Positions 25,640 through 34,199 of a DNA stretch of 34,276 bases are shown piece after piece. A program made the position numbers and the translations under genes. The DNA comes from Candidatus Aenigmatarchaeota archaeon (GTDB lineage: Archaea; Aenigmatarchaeota; Aenigmatarchaeia; JACPZZ01). Location: NCBI GenBank assembly GCA_016177205.1, contig JACOVS010000023.1, positions 1 to 34,276 of the forward strand. Reading direction: 5' to 3'. The notes under the pieces were generated by a model. It ran no database searches. It saw only the letters and a list, made by a program, of their open reading frames with translations, and had not been told where the DNA came from. Position 1 is the stretch's first letter. Each line of letters begins with the position of its first letter.

Positions 25640-28090
25640 CTATTCCACCATGTTCAGGATTTTGTCCGGGTCTGAATTGTACATGCTGAATATTCTGGCA
25701 ACCGAGGAGAAGTCGTTGATCCCGCGCTCCTGCATCCATTCCAAAACCTTTACCCTGTTTGAAATCTCCTGCTGCACCGATTTTTCCGGCATGCTGCCGG
25801 AATAAGCGATTTTTTTTAGCACTGCGCTCCTTCCCACCGCGCGCAAATAACTTTTGGCAGGGTCCCATTTGAACACTGTGTTGCCGACCGGTGCGCCGTT
25901 CTCGTAGCCGGTTATCTCCATTATCGTATCAATCTTTCTTATGTTCTTGCTCTTGAAAGTTGTCGTGTCGCTGAATATCAGTATGTCAAGGTTTTGTATC
26001 AGGTTGCCGGGCAGGCTTATCGGAGGCGTTGTTAACCTGTCTACAAGTTTCGATATGCTGTCCGCGTGTATCGTAGACATGCCCGGATGGCCCGAAGCCA
26101 TCTGCTGGAACAGCACATAGGCCTCCTTGCCTCGCACTTCCCCGACAATGATGTAGTCCGGCCTCTGTCGCAAGCTTTCTTTCAGCAGGTCAAACATGTC
26201 AACCTCCCCGATTTTCCTGTTGCCAACATCTGATATGGCCGTCCGTGCGACCTCGGGCACCCAGTGTGGGTGCGGTAAGCGAAGCTCAGGCGTGTCCTCA
26301 ATGGAGACTATTTTTTTAGTGGGTTTTATGAAAAGCGAGAGCACGTTCAACAGCGTTGTTTTGCCGGAAGCGGTCGAGCCCCCGATAAGTACTGATTTGC
26401 CGTTTTCGACGGCCAGCCATAGGTAAGCAAGTGCGGTGGCGTTTATCGTTCCGTAGTTAAGCATGTCTATCGGCGTCAGCGGCACGTCGGTAAATTTCCT
26501 TATGGTGAAGTTCGAGCCCCGCCTCGCTATGTCTGTTCCGAGCGTTGCCTGTACCCGTGAACCGTCTGTCAGCGTCCCGTCCAAAAGCGGTTCTGCGACT
26601 GATATCGTCTTGCCCGCCCTCTGCGCGAGTTTGACCGCGAAAGTGTCCAAGGATTTCTGGTCCGGGAATTTTATATTCGTTCTGATTGACCCGATCAACG
26701 GGTTTCTATGGAACACGTAAATCGGTATGTTCGTCCCGTCGCAGCTTATGTCCTCTAAGTTGGGGTCGTTCATTAACGGCTCGATCCTCTCCAGCCCCGC
26801 AAAATCCCTCCTGATATAATATTTGAGGACATCAATTCTTTTTTGGCCCAGCTTTACGCCCATTAACGAGAAAACGTCGTCGGTTTGGCGCATCAGGTAG
26901 CTGACGGCCTCTGCCTTGCGGAGCTTTCTCAGATCCATGTTTAGCCGCTCTTCAAGCAGCTCCTTGCTTTTTGAAAGTATCCGCTTCTCCTCGGGCGTAA
27001 GCGCGGGTTCAAAAACATTGTAAAGCAGGCCGTTTTCCTGCTGATCCCACCTTATGTTTGTGTAAGAATAGACCATCTCGCCCTTTGCGGGAACGCGCGG
27101 TATAAGAGGGTAAACCACATTCACGTTCATTATGTTTTCCGCTTCTTCCGTGTCAATCGGTGGCGGTTTTGCCTTGTCCGGGATTTCTATTCCGTCGGCA
27201 GCGCTTTTCGGTATTATTATGGACCTGCTCTCAACGGCAAATATCGGCCTCAGCTGGTCCGTTGTTTGTTGCGGCTGTGGTTGCGGTTGTGTCATTTGCA
27301 TGACAGGGGCCTGCGGATAGACAGGAAAATAAACGGCCTTGAAACCCCTTGCGTACTTCTCGAAGACTTTGTTCATGTCCACTCTGGGCTGCGGCAACCC
27401 CACTTTAACGCCTTCGGCCCTGTAGCTTTTTATTTTTTCCTGTGTTTTTATCAGTTGTTGCTCGTAGTCCGACATCATTTTTTTAAAGGTCGGCTCATCG
27501 ACTTCTCTCTTGTAGTATTTTTTTTCGATCTCGTCCTTCGCTTTTACCAGGCTGTCCCTTTCAATCTCCGCCTCCCTTAACCTGTCTCCGGCGCCTACAG
27601 CGCCGCTCTCTATTCTGTTCTCGATGCTCGAAAGGCTTTGCCTTATTTCGTCTATGTCATTTAACCTTCCGAAATCCGGCATCGACCTTAACGAGGCCAT
27701 TTCATTGCGCAGCGAGAGGACATCTTCGGCCCCCAGCCTGGCCTGCGTGTTGTCCTCCAGCCTCATGATTCGCTTGTAAATATCCTCGATCGATGCCTCG
27801 GAAACCCCGTATTTCTCCGCAGTCTTTTTCAGGTTGTGCGGGCTTTTCACAAGGTCCTCGATAGGGTTTTTATTAACCTCTTCCCTGTAGGCCGATGCGC
27901 CCAAAAGTTTTCTTACAACAAGTCTTACCTTTGTTTTGGAAACAATCTGCGGCTTGTCATTATTTTCGGCAACGGCTTTCAACGCCACCGCGACAGCTTT
28001 CGATATGTCGGGTTTTTTTACCTCCGCGGCGTCCGAAACCAAGGGTTTTTTCAGGGCGGCTTTCCGCATCAAGGAGTTCAGCTTTATCAT
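25640..28090 (-). CDS. FlaI/TadA/VirB11-family secretion ATPase with a long N-terminal extension (816 aa)
   Basis: Walker A GGSTASGKTTLLN, Walker B/Asp box DYIIVGEVRGKEA, His box GHPGMSTIHA, and a FlaI-like N-domain (VVYPLIP...YNVFEP). These are preceded by roughly 280 aa of basic, coiled-coil and PQ-rich sequence. Confidence 0.85.
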   Translation of the reverse strand: MIKLNSLMRKAALKKPLVSDAAEVKKPDISKAVAVALKAVAENNDKPQIVSKTKVRLVVRKLLGASAYREEVNKNPIEDLVKSPHNLKKTAEKYGVSEASIEDIYKRIMRLEDNTQARLGAEDVLSLRNEMASLRSMPDFGRLNDIDEIRQSLSSIENRIESGAVGAGDRLREAEIERDSLVKAKDEIEKKYYKREVDEPTFKKMMSDYEQQLIKTQEKIKSYRAEGVKVGLPQPRVDMNKVFEKYARGFKAVYFPVYPQAPVMQMTQPQPQPQQTTDQLRPIFAVESRSIIIPKSAADGIEIPDKAKPPPIDTEEAENIMNVNVVYPLIPRVPAKGEMVYSYTNIRWDQQENGLLYNVFEPALTPEEKRILSKSKELLEERLNMDLRKLRKAEAVSYLMRQTDDVFSLMGVKLGQKRIDVLKYYIRRDFAGLERIEPLMNDPNLEDISCDGTNIPIYVFHRNPLIGSIRTNIKFPDQKSLDTFAVKLAQRAGKTISVAEPLLDGTLTDGSRVQATLGTDIARRGSNFTIRKFTDVPLTPIDMLNYGTINATALAYLWLAVENGKSVLIGGSTASGKTTLLNVLSLFIKPTKKIVSIEDTPELRLPHPHWVPEVARTAISDVGNRKIGEVDMFDLLKESLRQRPDYIIVGEVRGKEAYVLFQQMASGHPGMSTIHADSISKLVDRLTTPPISLPGNLIQNLDILIFSDTTTFKSKNIRKIDTIMEITGYENGAPVGNTVFKWDPAKSYLRAVGRSAVLKKIAYSGSMPEKSVQQEISNRVKVLEWMQERGINDFSSVARIFSMYNSDPDKILNMVE

Positions 28091-28140
28091 GTTCCCATAT
28101 TTTATTGGCTTTCAGGGCTTAATTGTTTTTGTTGAACAGC

Positions 28141-28587
28141 TCACCTCTGCAAAACGACCTGTTTTGTGGAGTTGTAAAAAGTTATTTTTAACGGGGACTG
28201 CGTGCTTAATTCCGAGCCGCCCAAAAAGACAGCGGTCCGGTTGATGTTATACACGCCTAGGGACGCCCGGTACGCATCCGTGTGGGTCGCGTTTACGTGG
28301 ACGCCGTTGTCGTTTAAACTCAACCGGTAGGCCTTATTCCCGACAACGCGCGGTACCGGAAGTTTCAGGGTCGCGTTATGGAAATATCTGCCTTGGCCGT
28401 ACACTTCGACCAGGTTTGCCGCGACAGCCAGGCCCACCTCCTGGAAGCTGTCGTGGGTCGAAACCAGATCCACCCTGTCCCCAAGAAGGCTGAAAATGGA
28501 AAATACGCTTGTAAGGATTATCAGGCCTACCCCGAACAGCACGACCTGCTCAATGATCTGGTATTGTCCGCGCAGGTTTTTGGTCAT
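28141..28587 (-). CDS. Prepilin-like protein (148 aa)
   Basis: MTKNLRG|QYQIIEQVVLFGVGLIILTSVF class III signal-like N-terminus followed by a beta-rich body. Confidence 0.6.
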   Translation of the reverse strand: MTKNLRGQYQIIEQVVLFGVGLIILTSVFSIFSLLGDRVDLVSTHDSFQEVGLAVAANLVEVYGQGRYFHNATLKLPVPRVVGNKAYRLSLNDNGVHVNATHTDAYRASLGVYNINRTAVFLGGSELSTQSPLKITFYNSTKQVVLQR

Positions 28588-28657
28588 GAATTATTTTACA
28601 ACGCCCAAAAAGATAAACGAAAACCCCTTTTGGTCAAACTTTGTCCAAAAGTTTGGG

Positions 28658-29302
28658 TCACGCGAAATTGACCTTTATCCTGCTTATCTCCAGGTCCTTG
28701 CCGTTCGCTGCACCGCCTGCAATGACAAACCTGCCGTCGTAACTTATCGAAACCCTGCCAGATGTCACGTTTTGCACCGGACCCGATTCAACGTCTATCC
28801 TGAAGCCTTTGTTCGGCGTATCGACTTCCCTGTACCAGAGCCTGTAAACGGCTGTGTAATCGCCGGCGGTATTTTTCGCCATGCGGACAAGCAAGACACC
28901 CTCCTGCTCCCCGAAACCGGCGTACCCGCCTATGTTGCCTGTGTTGATCCCGACCCACCTGTCAAGGGCGTAAACGTTTTTCGCGGCCGCAGCCGTAAGG
29001 ACAACGCTGTTGTTATACTCATTGGCTGCGGATTGGTCCAGGTAGTATTGCTCATAGTTGAAAACGCTGAAAAGGCCCTTCTGCGAAAGTTCCACGTTTT
29101 CCGTGCAGGATCCGGTGCACGTCTGGGCCATTTCCTTTATCTCGGCGTTTAGAACCTCGAAAAAAGCCCTGGTGCTTTCCGACTCTGCCAGCGAGCTGCG
29201 CTTTTCGGTTAGGGGCGCGCCCCACATGTACGCAGCGCCCACCAAGCTGACAACTACAGCGCCCAGCATGACAAACGTGACAACCTCAGCCTGTCCTTTC
29301 AA
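28658..29302 (-). CDS. Prepilin-like protein (214 aa)
   Basis: MKG|QAEVVTFVMLGAVVVSLVGAAYMW class III signal-like N-terminus followed by a beta-rich body. Confidence 0.6.
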   Translation of the reverse strand: MKGQAEVVTFVMLGAVVVSLVGAAYMWGAPLTEKRSSLAESESTRAFFEVLNAEIKEMAQTCTGSCTENVELSQKGLFSVFNYEQYYLDQSAANEYNNSVVLTAAAAKNVYALDRWVGINTGNIGGYAGFGEQEGVLLVRMAKNTAGDYTAVYRLWYREVDTPNKGFRIDVESGPVQNVTSGRVSISYDGRFVIAGGAANGKDLEISRIKVNFA

Positions 29303-29395
29303 AGAATCACTAAGATAGTATTAGTCTGCAGGTTAAATTAAATACTACCCGCCAAAAAGTTTCCTTTCCCTGAGTTTTCTCTTCCCTTAAGGATG

Positions 29396-29412
29396 CTCTT
29401 TTTCCAAAAGAG
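29396..29412 (-). terminator. 7-bp hairpin 6 nt after the pilin A stop
   Basis: ctctttt-tcc-aaaagag. It is followed, further downstream in the minus direction, by an AT-rich TATA-like tract (29325-29345) ahead of the next gene. This arrangement fits a partial terminator after an abundant major pilin transcript. Confidence 0.35.
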
Positions 29413-29417
29413 AAGGC

Positions 29418-29867
29418 TTATCTGCAAGTTACCTGCGTCTGCGCAATGTTAGTTCGTGTCCCGATTACGAGCGCGTACGTGCCTGCGGCGAACGCGGAGC
29501 CGTTGGCGCAATTGGCCGCGCTTCCTCTTCCGGCGAAGAGCGTGGCTCCGGCGCCCGGGGCTATCCCGGCAGACGGGAAATACTGGTTTATAAAGTTGGT
29601 CGGGGTTGTGCAGTCAAGGCTGTTCACTGTTGCCACGATAAAGTCGGACGGGAGCAAGTTGCTCGTCGCCCCGTTGTTCTGCACCACAACACTCACGTAA
29701 TTGTTGCCCCCGATCTTGTAACATATCGCGCCTCCGGGCGGTATGGAAACGCCTTTCTCGGTCTGCGTCGAAGCGAGGCCGGAAAACCAGGCGTAAGCGA
29801 GCCCTACGATGCCCACGGTTATCAACATCAACATTACCAGCGCTATTACAGGCGTTATCCCCTTCAT
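29418..29867 (-). CDS. Archaeal type IV pilin, paralog A (149 aa), candidate major pilin
   Basis: MKG|ITPVIALVMLMLITVGIVGLAYAWFSG N-terminus is typical of archaeal pilin/flagellin-N-terminal-like proteins. Four Cys, one at the C-terminus (VTCR). Confidence 0.8.
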   Translation of the reverse strand: MKGITPVIALVMLMLITVGIVGLAYAWFSGLASTQTEKGVSIPPGGAICYKIGGNNYVSVVVQNNGATSNLLPSDFIVATVNSLDCTTPTNFINQYFPSAGIAPGAGATLFAGRGSAANCANGSAFAAGTYALVIGTRTNIAQTQVTCR

Positions 29868-30097
29868 TTTCTGTCGCCCCTTTCCGAAGAAATGATCGAG
29901 AACGTTGCCAGTTGTGTTATGCTGGATATTATCACAAGCACTGCCAGCATGACAAGCGCCTTTGTGACATTGTCGCCCTGCGGAAGTATGCTCATTACCC
30001 CGATAAGCAGGTAGCCGCCCACAACAAGCAAAACGCCGATAACGGTTACAAAAACGTTTGTTAATGTCCGTCTCTCGTGCGGCTTTACCATTATCAC
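29864..30097 (-). CDS. Two-TM miniprotein (77 aa) coupled to pilin A
   Basis: Two hydrophobic helices separated by a loop with DNVTK. ATGA stop/start overlap with pilin A. A paralog lies at 30490-30729. Confidence 0.55.
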   Translation of the reverse strand: MIMVKPHERRTLTNVFVTVIGVLLVVGGYLLIGVMSILPQGDNVTKALVMLAVLVIISSITQLATFSIISSERGDRK

Positions 30098-30100
30098 ACC

Positions 30101-30493
30101 TTACTTGCAGAAAGCGGTTGATTCAACAACGCTGGTGCGCGTCCCAACCCGGACTGTGTGAGAACCGGAAGAGCATGTCCCGCCGCAAGTCCAGTCCTTG
30201 ACGATCAATCCGCCAGCGCCCGGGGCAAGGTTAATCGCCTGCTTCGTAGCTTCCGTCCCGTCAACGTGCGCTATGATAACATCCGAATCAAGCAAGTTGC
30301 TCGTCGCCCCGTTGTTTTGTATCAGAATACTGACTTTTCCACCCGCGCAGTACGCGCCTCCGGGCGGTACCGAAATGCCCTTCTCTGTTTGAGTTGTCAG
30401 TAAACCGGAAAACCACGCGTAGGCAATGCCGACCATGCCCACGGTTATCAACATCAACATTACCAGCGCTATTACAGGCGTTATCCCCTTCAT
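30101..30493 (-). CDS. Archaeal type IV pilin, paralog B (130 aa)
   Basis: The N-terminal 45 aa are nearly identical to pilin A, and 62 nt are identical (30435-30496 vs 29809-29870). The C-terminal domain has diverged and carries four Cys. Confidence 0.8.
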   Translation of the reverse strand: MKGITPVIALVMLMLITVGMVGIAYAWFSGLLTTQTEKGISVPPGGAYCAGGKVSILIQNNGATSNLLDSDVIIAHVDGTEATKQAINLAPGAGGLIVKDWTCGGTCSSGSHTVRVGTRTSVVESTAFCK

Positions 30494-30729
30494 TTTTTGT
30501 CACCCTTCAGGCTGTGCCTGATCTTTCCCAGCATCGCCAACGATGCCAGCTGTATCATGCTCGAAACTATGGCCAGCAGCGCAAGCAGCAGTATGCCTTT
30601 TGTCACATTGTCCTGCTGCATCGTGGTCATCAGGACCATCACGAGGTAGCTGGTGATTACCAGGATCGCGGCAATAACAACAACAAAAACGTCGACAAAA
30701 ACATTTTCTTTTAGCGCCGTTTTAGCCAT
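30490..30729 (-). CDS. Two-TM miniprotein (79 aa) coupled to pilin B
   Basis: Same architecture and DNVTK loop motif as 29864-30097, with the same ATGA overlap with its pilin. Confidence 0.55.
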   Translation of the reverse strand: MAKTALKENVFVDVFVVVIAAILVITSYLVMVLMTTMQQDNVTKGILLLALLAIVSSMIQLASLAMLGKIRHSLKGDKK

Positions 30730-30752
30730 AAAAACCCTTTTTAATAAATATT

Positions 30753-31247
30753 TTATCTTCTTATTAAAGGCGTGCTCGTTGTAGTACCGATCGTTGGCCT
30801 TGGAGGAACAACGTAGAGCCTTTTCAACCGCTTGTCGATCTCGTCCAGGGAGCCTATGATTGCCTGGTTCGACTCAACGGTTTTTTTGCCATATTCAACC
30901 AGTTGGCCGATCCCCTCGGCTATGGGCCTCATAGTTTCCGAGGAAGTTCCGGAAACCTCTTCCTGCGACGCGGCTTTGAGCAGCGAAACAAACTCGTTCA
31001 GCGTCCCGAGCAATTCGTCTATCTTTGAGGGTATTCTTGAAATTTCGTTCCGCAGGTCAAGGTTCGCCCTGACCAGGTCGTCAACTATTTGCTGGTTCGC
31101 CTTGATCAGTTCTATCATTTCGTCGACAAGCTTGTTTATTTCCTTCGCAGAAGTCCCGCCCTCAATCTGGTCCAGCCGCCTTTCCAATCGCCTGATCGGG
31201 GTCATGGCTATGATTTCATACTCTTCAGAATCGGATGTGCCGGCCAT
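30753..31247 (-). CDS. Soluble coiled-coil protein (164 aa), first gene of the pilus block
   Basis: Heptad-rich sequence (RRLERRLDQIE, LVDEMIELIKANQQIVDDLVRANLDLRNEISRIPSKIDELLGTLNEFVSLLK), no TM helix, and a Pro/Thr-rich C-terminal tail. Confidence 0.5.
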   Translation of the reverse strand: MAGTSDSEEYEIIAMTPIRRLERRLDQIEGGTSAKEINKLVDEMIELIKANQQIVDDLVRANLDLRNEISRIPSKIDELLGTLNEFVSLLKAASQEEVSGTSSETMRPIAEGIGQLVEYGKKTVESNQAIIGSLDEIDKRLKRLYVVPPRPTIGTTTSTPLIRR

Positions 31248-31280
31248 TAAAGTAGATTTTGATTTCTATCAATAAATACT

Positions 31281-31502
31281 TTAAAGGTGGCTAGAAAACC
31301 GTTGGAGACTCCCTCTGGAAGAGTTAAAAAAGAAAGACGCTACAGCTTCGCCGTCTTTATTTTCTATATCGATCAGGTAAACACCGGTAAGTTGCTTGTC
31401 CAATTTTGGAATTCCACACTCTGGGTCTATTCCGCCGTTTTGTGAACTGGTCAAAACCCCTTTCCCGGGAGGTCTAATTCGTATTGTGACTTGCTGTTGC
31501 AT
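31281..31502 (-). CDS. Hypothetical small protein (73 aa) with a TGATG overlap to the thermosome stop
   Basis: The ORF fills an otherwise 254-nt gap. ATG at 31502 shares one nucleotide with the thermosome TGA. No family recognised. Confidence 0.35.
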   Translation of the reverse strand: MQQQVTIRIRPPGKGVLTSSQNGGIDPECGIPKLDKQLTGVYLIDIENKDGEAVASFFFNSSRGSLQRFSSHL

Positions 31503-33154
31503 CACATTTCCCCGCCGCCCATGTCAGGCATGCCGCCGGGCGGCATGCCGCCCTTGTTCAACTTGCTGGCCGAGATCACGTCGTCTATTCTCAATATCAT
31601 TTCAGCCGCCTCCGACGCAGAGCTTATGGCCTGTATCTTCGTTTTCAGCGGGTCAATGACATTCAGCTTTTCCATGTCGCTTATCCTTCCGTTCAAAACA
31701 TCCACGCCGGCATTAATGTTTCCCGCGTCGTGTTCTGCACGCAATTTAACAAGCATGTCGATTGTGTCCAGGCCTGCGTTTTCGGCAAGCGTGCGCGGGA
31801 TGATTTCCATCGCATCCGCAAACGCGTTTATTGCCAACTGCTCGCGCCCGGGGAAGCTTTCAGCGAATTTTCTCAGCTGTCTTGCGATTTCCGCCTCGGG
31901 AGCCCCGCCGCCGGCAACGTATTTGCCCATCTCAACAGCTGCCGCGACGCCCTTGATGGCGTCGTTAACAGCGCGCTCAACCTCGTCAACAATGTGTTCA
32001 GACCCGCCGCGTATCAGGATCGTAACAGCTTTCGGGTCCTTGCATTTTTGTACAAAGACCATCTGCTCCCCTGAAACTTTCTTTTCCTCGACCAGTCCGG
32101 CAAAACCCAGGTCCGCGGAGCTAAGGTCGTTTATGCTCGAAGTGACTTTCGCGCCTGTTGCTCGCGCAAGTTTGTCCATGTCGGATTTCTTAACCCGTCT
32201 CGCTGCCATTATCCCTTTCTTTGCCATGTAATGCTGCGCAGCGTCGTCAATGCCTTTCTGCGAGAACACAACATTCGCCCCTGTCGCTGAGATTTTTTCG
32301 ACCATGTCTTTGAGCATGCGCTCTTCTTCAGCCAAAAATGACTGCATCTGTTCCGGCGATGTGATCCTAATCTCGGCATCGGTTTCAAGTTCCTTGACCT
32401 CAAGGGCAGCGTCTAACAGCGCTATCTTCGCACCTTCGGCCTTTTTCGGCATTGACGGGTGGACCACCTCTTTGTCTATCGCAATGCCCCTGATGAGTTC
32501 CGTGTCGCCTATGCTGCCGCCCTGCCTTTTTTCCAGCTTTACGTTTTCCACGTCAATCACGGTCTTGCCGTCCGCGGTTTCGGAAATTTCTTTTACAGCC
32601 TGCACAACAACGCGGGCAAGCCTTTCCGGACTCTCGCCGACGCCCTTGCTGCTCATCGCGGTCGCAGCTATCTGCGCCAGCTTTTCCTCGTCGTTGATAG
32701 AAATTGATTTTGAAACATTCCTTACGGTCTCAAGAGCCTTCTCCTTCGCAACGCGGAAGCCTTTTGTTATGACCGTCGGATGAACCTCCTGGTCCAAAAG
32801 TTCTTCGGCTTTCTTCAGCATTGTGCCTGCCAAGACAACAACCGTTGTAGTGCCGTCGCCGACTTCCTCGTCCTGCGTCTTTGAAATCTCAACCATCATC
32901 TTCGCCGCAGGATGCTCGATCTCCATCTCGCTTAGAATGGTCGCGCCGTCGTTACTGATGACAACATCGCCCAACGAGTCAACGAGCATCTTGTCCATCC
33001 CGCGCGGGCCCAACGTAGTTAGTCTAGCATCACCGACAGCCTTCGCTGCCGCAATGTTGTTTCTTTGCGCGTCTTTTCCAGTCGAGCGCAAAGCCCCTTC
33101 GGGCAATATTAAAACCGGCTGCCCGCCAATCTGAGCCATCGTTGCATTAACCAT
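31502..33154 (-). CDS. ths: Thermosome subunit (group II chaperonin)
   Basis: [25 protein letters not shown]-like [18 protein letters not shown] and a C-terminal [16 protein letters not shown] tail; 550 aa. Confidence 0.92.
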   Translation of the reverse strand: MVNATMAQIGGQPVLILPEGALRSTGKDAQRNNIAAAKAVGDARLTTLGPRGMDKMLVDSLGDVVISNDGATILSEMEIEHPAAKMMVEISKTQDEEVGDGTTTVVVLAGTMLKKAEELLDQEVHPTVITKGFRVAKEKALETVRNVSKSISINDEEKLAQIAATAMSSKGVGESPERLARVVVQAVKEISETADGKTVIDVENVKLEKRQGGSIGDTELIRGIAIDKEVVHPSMPKKAEGAKIALLDAALEVKELETDAEIRITSPEQMQSFLAEEERMLKDMVEKISATGANVVFSQKGIDDAAQHYMAKKGIMAARRVKKSDMDKLARATGAKVTSSINDLSSADLGFAGLVEEKKVSGEQMVFVQKCKDPKAVTILIRGGSEHIVDEVERAVNDAIKGVAAAVEMGKYVAGGGAPEAEIARQLRKFAESFPGREQLAINAFADAMEIIPRTLAENAGLDTIDMLVKLRAEHDAGNINAGVDVLNGRISDMEKLNVIDPLKTKIQAISSASEAAEMILRIDDVISASKLNKGGMPPGGMPDMGGGEM

Positions 33155-33164
33155 ACCAAATCAT

Positions 33165-33211
33165 ACCTCCAAAACAATCCAACAAAATCTATGTAAAAGC
33201 GCGTATATAAA
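33165..33211 (-). promoter_or_regulatory. Thermosome upstream region: TATA box (minus strand TTTATATA, 33204-33211) and Shine-Dalgarno-like GGAGGT (33165-33170)
   Basis: Read directly from the sequence. GGAGGT lies 10 nt before the ATG at 33154. The TATA box is about 50 nt upstream. Confidence 0.45.
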
Positions 33212-33249
33212 TAGTTATCGTTTGGAGGTATTGTCCGATTATCGGTCCG

Positions 33250-34143
33250 TCAAAATTCCGTCCTTTCCTCGACTATCTCCTCGAAATCCTCGATGCCGTC
33301 AACTGCGTTTAATTCTTCCCTGGTTACTACAGGCACGCCCCCGGAGCTGTTTTTTGAAAACCTGTTAGAAACAAGAACAGCCCGCTTGCCGGTCACTTCT
33401 GAAATGTCGTGGAGCATGACAGCGTTTCTGCGGAAATTTCTCCCGCTTTCCGAAACATTTGCCAGTATCACGTCGTCGTGCCGCGCCGCAATATTAAAAA
33501 CAGACCCTGATATGGATGTGGTGTCAAAGCCAAGCTTTTTTAATTTCCTGTCAACAAACGCCTCCAGGCCGTAAAGCCTTTCATGCTTGTCGTCGGAGTT
33601 TTCTGAACGAAATTTATTCGTAGTTACGGGTATTCCAAGGATGTTTTCTATGCGTTCCGCAATTTCCGGCCGGGCCCGCCCGCCTTTCTCGTATTCGGTT
33701 ATCGATTTACGTGAAACGCCGACGCTCCTTGAAACGTTGCCTAACGACAACCCCAAAAATTCGCGCCGCCGCCTCATTTTTCCCCCGTCGACATAAACAA
33801 CACGCCCGCCCTTCTCCACGTAATTTAACGCCCTGTTGCAAAGAATTTCCTGCAATCCGGCCAACGAAACCGCGGGTACGCCAAACCTGTGATAAACAGA
33901 ATCCTCAATAACGCCCTTCCTGGTTTTCGCACCAATGAAAATAGGCATCGCGTCCAGCGAAGACGCCGCCGCAGACAGGCGGATAGCCTCGCTTCTAGTC
34001 GCAGAGTCGATGTTGGAAATAACCTTCACAACAACGGAATTTCTACCCGCAGCTACCATGTCGAACAAGCCCTTCGACGCAGCAACGCGATAGTCCGCGC
34101 TTTCAAACTCCTCTTCTGCAGAATCGATTATATTCTGTTTCAT
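33250..34143 (-). CDS. Archaeal putative HTH-type (XRE-like) transcriptional regulator family protein
   Basis: Central HTH LGLSLGNVSRSVGVSRKSITEYEKG is flanked by conserved N- and C-terminal domains, 297 aa, matching the conserved archaeal 'putative HTH-type transcriptional regulatory protein' layout. The start is taken at MKQNIID (ATG at 34143) because the longer ORF would overlap the tRNA at 34200. Confidence 0.65.
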   Translation of the reverse strand: MKQNIIDSAEEEFESADYRVAASKGLFDMVAAGRNSVVVKVISNIDSATRSEAIRLSAAASSLDAMPIFIGAKTRKGVIEDSVYHRFGVPAVSLAGLQEILCNRALNYVEKGGRVVYVDGGKMRRRREFLGLSLGNVSRSVGVSRKSITEYEKGGRARPEIAERIENILGIPVTTNKFRSENSDDKHERLYGLEAFVDRKLKKLGFDTTSISGSVFNIAARHDDVILANVSESGRNFRRNAVMLHDISEVTGKRAVLVSNRFSKNSSGGVPVVTREELNAVDGIEDFEEIVEERTEF

Positions 34144-34199
34144 ACATTTACAATGAAACGGCGTGTTTTTAAGGTTGTAACCAATATCATTAATGACGT

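Noticed and set aside
27257-27290. Short CAG/CCG/CAA repeat encoding PQPQPQQ in the ATPase gene as a possible slippage or phase-variation tract
   Set aside because: It has only three to four imperfect units and no homopolymer or perfect tandem structure. It is more simply a flexible linker.
31491-32231. 246-aa plus-strand ORF (and the 177-aa ORF at 32250-32783) antisense to the thermosome gene
   Set aside because: The thermosome assignment is unambiguous. The antisense translations are Ser/Ala-rich low-complexity sequence.
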